Part shown: positions 59,249 to 64,000 of the stretch, piece after piece
How positions within the stretch are numbered: position 1 is the first letter of the stretch
How the letters are laid out: the number at the start of each line of letters is the position of its first letter
NCBI GenBank assembly: GCA_964642155.1
Contig: CAZXNT010000001.1
Coordinates: forward strand, 65,238 to 129,237
DNA: 64,000 nt
Direction: 5' to 3'
Origin: an uncultured Candidatus Saccharibacteria bacterium
Lineage (GTDB): Bacteria > Patescibacteriota > Minisyncoccia > UBA6257 > UBA9933
Program-made: the position numbers and the translations under genes
Notes under the pieces: generated by a model
Database searches by the model: none
Seen by the model: the letters and a program-made list of their open reading frames with translations, nothing else
What the model was told of the DNA's origin: nothing

Positions 59249-60628
59249 TTGGGGATTTTGGCATTTTTGCCTTTTGATTATTTCTGGCCATTTGGTTTTT
59301 TTTATCTTGTTCCGCTTTTTATTTTTTTAATTAAAGAAAAAAGTTTATGGAAATTATTGGCCGGCGGTCTTGTTTTTCGAGTAATTTTTAGTCTCGGAAC
59401 GGTTTATTTTACCTTAGAACCAATTCTCTGGCTACTTTCAATCCCGCTTTTTTTAGGCCTTCCAATTTCTGTTTTTTTTCTTAAAAAATTCTTAAACCGT
59501 TTTAATAATTCCTTAATTCTTAATTCTTACTTCTTAATTCTATCTTTGCCGTTCCTCTGGGCTTTTTTTGACCATTTTCAAGCCCGTTTTTCGCTCTTCC
59601 CGACTTATATAATGACTGCCGGCAATTCATTGGGCTCATCGCCATTTCTCGGACTGGCTTCAATTAGCGGATTAATTTCACTTACTTTTTTTGCGGCTTT
59701 AATAAATACTTTAATCGCTATTTTGATTTTAAAAATAAAATCACAAAATACCAAAATCATAATTCTTAATTCATTATTAGTAATTTTTATAATAATAAGC
59801 GCTTGGCAAATTTCCCAACTTCAACTTCAAAAAAATTCTGAAACCTATGAAAATCTTGAAAATTCTTTTAAAATCGCCGCTGTTTCCGTTAATGAAAATT
59901 TCAACTATTCCGATTTAGAAAAAATCAAAAATAAAATAATAAACAACGAAATTGATTTCTTAATCCTGCCTGAAGATATTTTTAATAACTCGCCCCAAGA
60001 ATTAGATCTAAAATTTTGGCGCGACTTTGCTCAAAAAATAAACGCTGGTCTTTTAGCAACCGGCGACCGACAAGAAAACAACAAACGCTATGATTCAAGC
60101 ATTTTAATGGATAAAAACGGTAAAATTGCCGATATTTACGACAAAAACCGCCTGACTTTTATAGGCGAATACTGGCCTTTCGGCAAATGGATTCCCTTCT
60201 ATCTTAACTGGTTAAAAAAAACTCAGCCGGAAATCAAAAATTACGCGGTTTTTAATTTTAAAAATGCTTATTCTTCCGGCAATCAAAAACTGCTAACCGT
60301 AAAATCAAAAAATGGAGATCTTAAATTTGCTTCTCTGATTTGTTTAGAAATTCATTATCTCCGCGATTTGAAAAATTATAAAAAAATGGGAATACAACTC
60401 TTTATTAATCCCACCAGCAACCGTTGGCTGGATTTAGGTTTGTACCATTTTTTATATCTGACTAATAATTTAAGAAAGATTGAATCTGTTTGGCTAAAAG
60501 CGCCGATTGTTTCAAGCGGAGTTAAAGATTATGCTGGAATTATTGAGCCGACAGGCATTAGCCGCTTGATTAATTTTGAAAATCAAAATAAAAATTACGG
60601 ATTATTTCTGGGAGAAGTTAGGTATTAA
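59249..60628 (+). CDS. lnt: Apolipoprotein N-acyltransferase (natural ATG at 59222 is cut off by an in-frame TAA)
   Basis: TM region plus nitrilase triad LPE, YDK..L..GEY.P and ICLE. Confidence 0.8.
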   Translation: MGILAFLPFDYFWPFGFFYLVPLFIFLIKEKSLWKLLAGGLVFRVIFSLGTVYFTLEPILWLLSIPLFLGLPISVFFLKKFLNRFNNSLILNSYFLILSLPFLWAFFDHFQARFSLFPTYIMTAGNSLGSSPFLGLASISGLISLTFFAALINTLIAILILKIKSQNTKIIILNSLLVIFIIISAWQISQLQLQKNSETYENLENSFKIAAVSVNENFNYSDLEKIKNKIINNEIDFLILPEDIFNNSPQELDLKFWRDFAQKINAGLLATGDRQENNKRYDSSILMDKNGKIADIYDKNRLTFIGEYWPFGKWIPFYLNWLKKTQPEIKNYAVFNFKNAYSSGNQKLLTVKSKNGDLKFASLICLEIHYLRDLKNYKKMGIQLFINPTSNRWLDLGLYHFLYLTNNLRKIESVWLKAPIVSSGVKDYAGIIEPTGISRLINFENQNKNYGLFLGEVRY

Positions 60629-60705
60629 AATATTATTTCGTAAGAAATAGCGGTGGCGGCGCTCAGGAAAACCGAAAGGTTAATAAAAAACATTGATAAA
60701 TTTTA

Positions 60706-60859
60706 TCCCGTTAGAAGCAGAATATCCTGCGGCTTTGCCGCGGGGATGAATCCCGTTAGAAGCCACAATCGCGGATCGCGATCTGCTTCTAACGGGATGG
60801 ATGCCATCATTTTAACAGCTAGCGCGGAGTTTAATACCCCGTATAAGCTTCTAACGGGA
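60706..60859. mobile_element. Nested TCCCGTTAGAAGC-type elements
   Basis: Outer 60706-60859 with TTTA duplication; inner 60751-60797 flanked by TGAA/TGGA. Confidence 0.8.
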
Positions 60860-60860
60860 T

Positions 60861-61169
60861 TTATTGAAGCTGTTGAGGAAATTGTATCTGCTGAATGTTC
60901 AATTTCGGAACCAATAATCCTTGCGCGGCCATCCAGTCAAGCAACCAAGGGCCGACTACAAAATAACTGAGCAAAGCCCAGGCAATGGCAAAAACGATAA
61001 TAATTATACCCTCTCTTCTGTGATTTTTTTCTAAAAGCAAAACGATGCCGTATATCAATCCGGCAAGGGCGTGAATAAAAGCGATAATAATTCCAATCCA
61101 AAACCATTTCTTGCCCAGTTTAAATTTATCAACAGAAATCATCTCCACTTGATTGTCGGTTATGTTCAT
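60861..61169 (-). CDS. Small membrane protein
   Basis: 102-aa ORF with 2-3 TMs. Confidence 0.65.
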   Translation of the reverse strand: MNITDNQVEMISVDKFKLGKKWFWIGIIIAFIHALAGLIYGIVLLLEKNHRREGIIIIVFAIAWALLSYFVVGPWLLDWMAAQGLLVPKLNIQQIQFPQQLQ

Positions 61170-61204
61170 ATTTTTATTTTATTTATAATTTCTATCGACC
61201 TTAA

Positions 61205-62486
61205 TTAATAACTCGGTATCACTTCATATACTCTGGGTTTGAAACCTATATTAACGGAAGTTTGATAAGAACTTGTTCCGTCAACAGTGCTACAAGTAAG
61301 GGTATAAGTGGTTGCTTGGGAAGGCCTTACGCTCTTAGAGCCCAGAATAGAGTTTACACTGCCTATGCCTTGGTTAATTGAGCAAGAGTCAGAACCTTCG
61401 TTCGGTCCGCCTCCGACATAACGGCAATCCCAGGAAAGAGTGGAAGTAGCGGGAAGAACTTCAATAGTGGAAGGATCGGCGGAAAAAGTGCAGTTGGGAT
61501 ATTTAAACACGGTTACTTGAACGCTGTCGGAAAGAGTTTTGTTTTTTTGAGGGAATTCGCAACTCATGGAATAATTGTATTGTTTGCCCTTACCGGGATT
61601 AGATATTCCCCTGGCTATTCTGCCCAAATCTTGAGAAGCCGAAGCTGGGCCTTTGTTGTCGCTCCAATCTCCGGAAGCGGTGCAGGAAGCGGCAACTATC
61701 GTATCCCATCTAAGGCTTACATTATCTCTGGCAACGAAAACATTGAGGGGGCCCGTCTGAATTATTGGCTTTGAGGTCTAGTTTGATGCAATCGGTATAT
61801 GCATACATTTCCGGATATCTGTATTGTTGACCGTTTTTGTTGGTTAATACTACGTCGTATTTATAAGTGATGTTTAGAGCTAAATTGCTGTCTGTGTATG
61901 AGAAGCTGGTGTTGTATGGGGAGGGTTGAACAATGGTGTTTAATGTCCCTTGGTTTATTAAAGCGCCGTCTCTGTATATTCCATATTGGTAAGCGTCTGT
62001 GACGCTATATAATAAAGTAAATCCGGTTACGCAATTTCCATCTGAGCTTACAGTCGGAGTCGCTGTTTGACTTTGTAATGTGGGAGAACCAGGAGAGCCG
62101 GCGACGCCTTGCCGTGGAGAAGCGCCTCCACCACTGCTGTTGCCATCGCCTCCGCCGCCGCCTCCGCCGCATTCATTATTTTTTACAAGACTAGTAGCAA
62201 CACCGGCGCCACTTTGTCCTCCCCCTCCTTGAAAAGCAAGCATACCAGCGGCTGTTTTATTACATGGAAAAACTTTTGCCCCTATTACTCCCCAGAAAAT
62301 TGATGTTTGAGTAAATGACGCACCGAAGATGGCAAGAACAGTTGTTGCTGGCTTTGGTATAACTCTAATAACCTCTTGAACAGCCCGAACAGCGCCTCTT
62401 GCCTCGGCAGTTTTAATTGGAAAACCGTAAAACAATACCGTTAAAATCAAAAAAGAAATAAAGAACTTATTTGAAAAGACTTTCAT
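61205..62486 (-). pseudogene. Secreted surface protein split by a +1 frameshift
   Basis: Removing one base from the G5 run at 61747-61751 joins ORFs 61722-62486 and 61205-61627 through an L.W.....CTASGDW module. Confidence 0.8.
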
Positions 62487-62545
62487 TAACTTAATTTTAA
62501 CAAATCAAAAAATAAGCGCAAGAGTTGGACTGTGGATAACTAAAA

Positions 62546-62572
62546 ATGGGAAGGACGCTGTGCCCTCCCCAT
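62546..62572 (-). terminator. Intrinsic terminator
   Basis: atggga...tcccat hairpin followed by a T run on the minus strand. Confidence 0.5.
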
Positions 62573-62585
62573 AAAATCAATAAAT

Positions 62586-63062
62586 TTAAATCTCCCGCTC
62601 CTCTATCAGCTCGTACTGATAAGAAATGGTATTAGATTTCCTTCCGGTGCTGTCTTTCAAAAAGATGAGATACGTTATAGTATCTCCTGATTTTAATTCT
62701 ATAATATCCTTGGCTTCAAGCAAGGGAACAATGATCTGAAATTTTCCCGCCTCAAAAGCATCCATTTTAAATTCAGACGCCTTTCCCAAATCCGGAGCAA
62801 ACCTCAAATTGGTTATAACATTTGATTCCATAACCAATCCACTTCTCTCAATAATATAACCGATGGTGAACTTTGCCTCTGCGAGTCCACCATTAATATT
62901 ATCAAAAGAAAAACTGAGGCTTAAATCTTCCCCGTTTTTCACAATCTCAAAATCTTTTATCGCCGGCATGCCGTTATAATCCTCGGCCATCAATTCGGCG
63001 CCAAGGGCAAAAATAAAAAGAACAACCAAAAACCATACTAAAGATTTCAAATTTTCTTTCAT
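62586..63062 (-). CDS. Secreted hypothetical protein
   Basis: Start MKENLK with GGAGGT SD; signal peptide. Confidence 0.7.
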   Translation of the reverse strand: MKENLKSLVWFLVVLFIFALGAELMAEDYNGMPAIKDFEIVKNGEDLSLSFSFDNINGGLAEAKFTIGYIIERSGLVMESNVITNLRFAPDLGKASEFKMDAFEAGKFQIIVPLLEAKDIIELKSGDTITYLIFLKDSTGRKSNTISYQYELIEEREI

Positions 63063-63124
63063 TTTATTATACCTCCATAATCTTTTGAGCGGTTGAAAAC
63101 CGCTGTTTATCAAGTTGCGCTTAA

Positions 63125-63153
63125 ATTATACTTAAATTTAAATAAAAAGTCAA
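63125..63153 (-). promoter_or_regulatory. Near-consensus sigma70 promoter
   Basis: TTGACT-17 nt-TATAAT on the minus strand. Confidence 0.75.
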
Positions 63154-63160
63154 CCCCAAA

Positions 63161-64000
63161 TCACGCGCCGCCGACCATTACGGTCTGGCTATTTATCAAG
63201 CGTTGGTAAGTTTTGCAGGTTTTTAACAATTCATTATGCTTGCCTTCGCCGACTATTTTCCCCTTTTCCATCACAATTATTTTATCGGCGTCTTTTATGG
63301 TTGATAAGCGATGGGCAATAATAATGGTTGTTCTGCCTTTTGACGCCCTTTCAATGGACGCGCGGATAAGCGTTTCATTTTCCGTGTCCAAGCTTGATGT
63401 CGCTTCGTCAAAGATTAAAATTGACGGATTTTTAATAAGCGCGCGGGCGATGCCGACTCTTTGACGTTCGCCACCGGAAAGTTTTATGCCCCGCTCGCCG
63501 ATAATCGTGTCAAAACCGTTCTCTAATTTAGAAATAAATTTGTCAATGCAAGCCATTTTCGCTACTTGTTGTAATTGCTCTTCGGATACGGCCCGCTGAT
63601 TAAGAATGCCGAAAATAATATTGTATCGCAAAGTGTTGTCAAAAAGAGAAATGTCTTGCGACGCTACTCCGATATGCGAACGAAAATTTTTTAAATCAAG
63701 ATTTTTTAAATCAACGCCGTCAATTAAAATTTGACCTTTTTCGGGGTCATAAGCGCGAATAAGTAAATGCGCCAAACTTGTTTTGCCAACGCCAGAAGGG
63801 CCGACAATCGCGACTTTTTGCCCGGGCTCAATTAAAAGATTGATATTTTTTAAAACATATTCCTTGCCGGTTCTTTTATTACTTTCAATAATTTTGACGG
63901 TTTTCTTGTTTTCATTTTCATTAATATATTCCCGTTTCGGATATTTGAAATAAATATCTTTAAATTCAATTTTACCGGATAATTTTTCAAATTTAACGGG
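63161..64000 (-). CDS. ABC transporter ATP-binding domain (MsbA-like exporter), partial
   Basis: GPSGVGKT near 63780-63803; LSGGERQR, FDEATSSLD and IAHRLST motifs. Confidence 0.93.
   Translation of the reverse strand, partial: PVKFEKLSGKIEFKDIYFKYPKREYINENENKKTVKIIESNKRTGKEYVLKNINLLIEPGQKVAIVGPSGVGKTSLAHLLIRAYDPEKGQILIDGVDLKNLDLKNFRSHIGVASQDISLFDNTLRYNIIFGILNQRAVSEEQLQQVAKMACIDKFISKLENGFDTIIGERGIKLSGGERQRVGIARALIKNPSILIFDEATSSLDTENETLIRASIERASKGRTTIIIAHRLSTIKDADKIIVMEKGKIVGEGKHNELLKTCKTYQRLINSQTVMVGGA

Noticed and set aside
60653-60970. 105-aa ORF
   Set aside because: It is a translation of the nested repeat elements and overlaps the opposite-strand gene

Overview
AT-rich bacterial chromosome segment with the gene content and style of a Patescibacteria (CPR, Parcubacteria-like) genome; this assignment is inferred. 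TGA is used as stop (code 11). It carries core genes (rsmA, pcrA/uvrD, comM-like, xerC/D, split transketolase, rpe, gap, rpiB, recO, secDF, glyA, murE, ruvA, rpsT, pnp, rpsO), five tRNAs, type IV pilus and VirB6-like genes, and large surface proteins. A small island beside tRNA-Arg(CCG) holds an ice-binding protein with a class F sortase, a decapitated DNA methyltransferase and a Panacea-type TA pair. The most striking signal is a set of small structured DNA elements. (1) A 34-bp palindrome family brackets a PaaX/Cas2-like wHTH gene as direct copies and recurs in-frame inside rsmA, glyA and murE. (2) Three ~145-bp elements with 20-bp terminal inverted repeats each end exactly on an ATG start codon. 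(3) An exact 83-bp duplication of the gap 3' end encloses a DUF4258/DUF2283 module. (4) There are 30-bp twin-triloop hairpins with compensatory changes, nested MITE-like elements with 4-bp target duplications, and heptamer tandem repeats inside core proteins. Also seen: an (AG)12 phase-variable gene in the OFF state, a frameshifted surface-protein gene and a nonsense codon near the start of lnt. All product names come from motif recognition only, with no database search.
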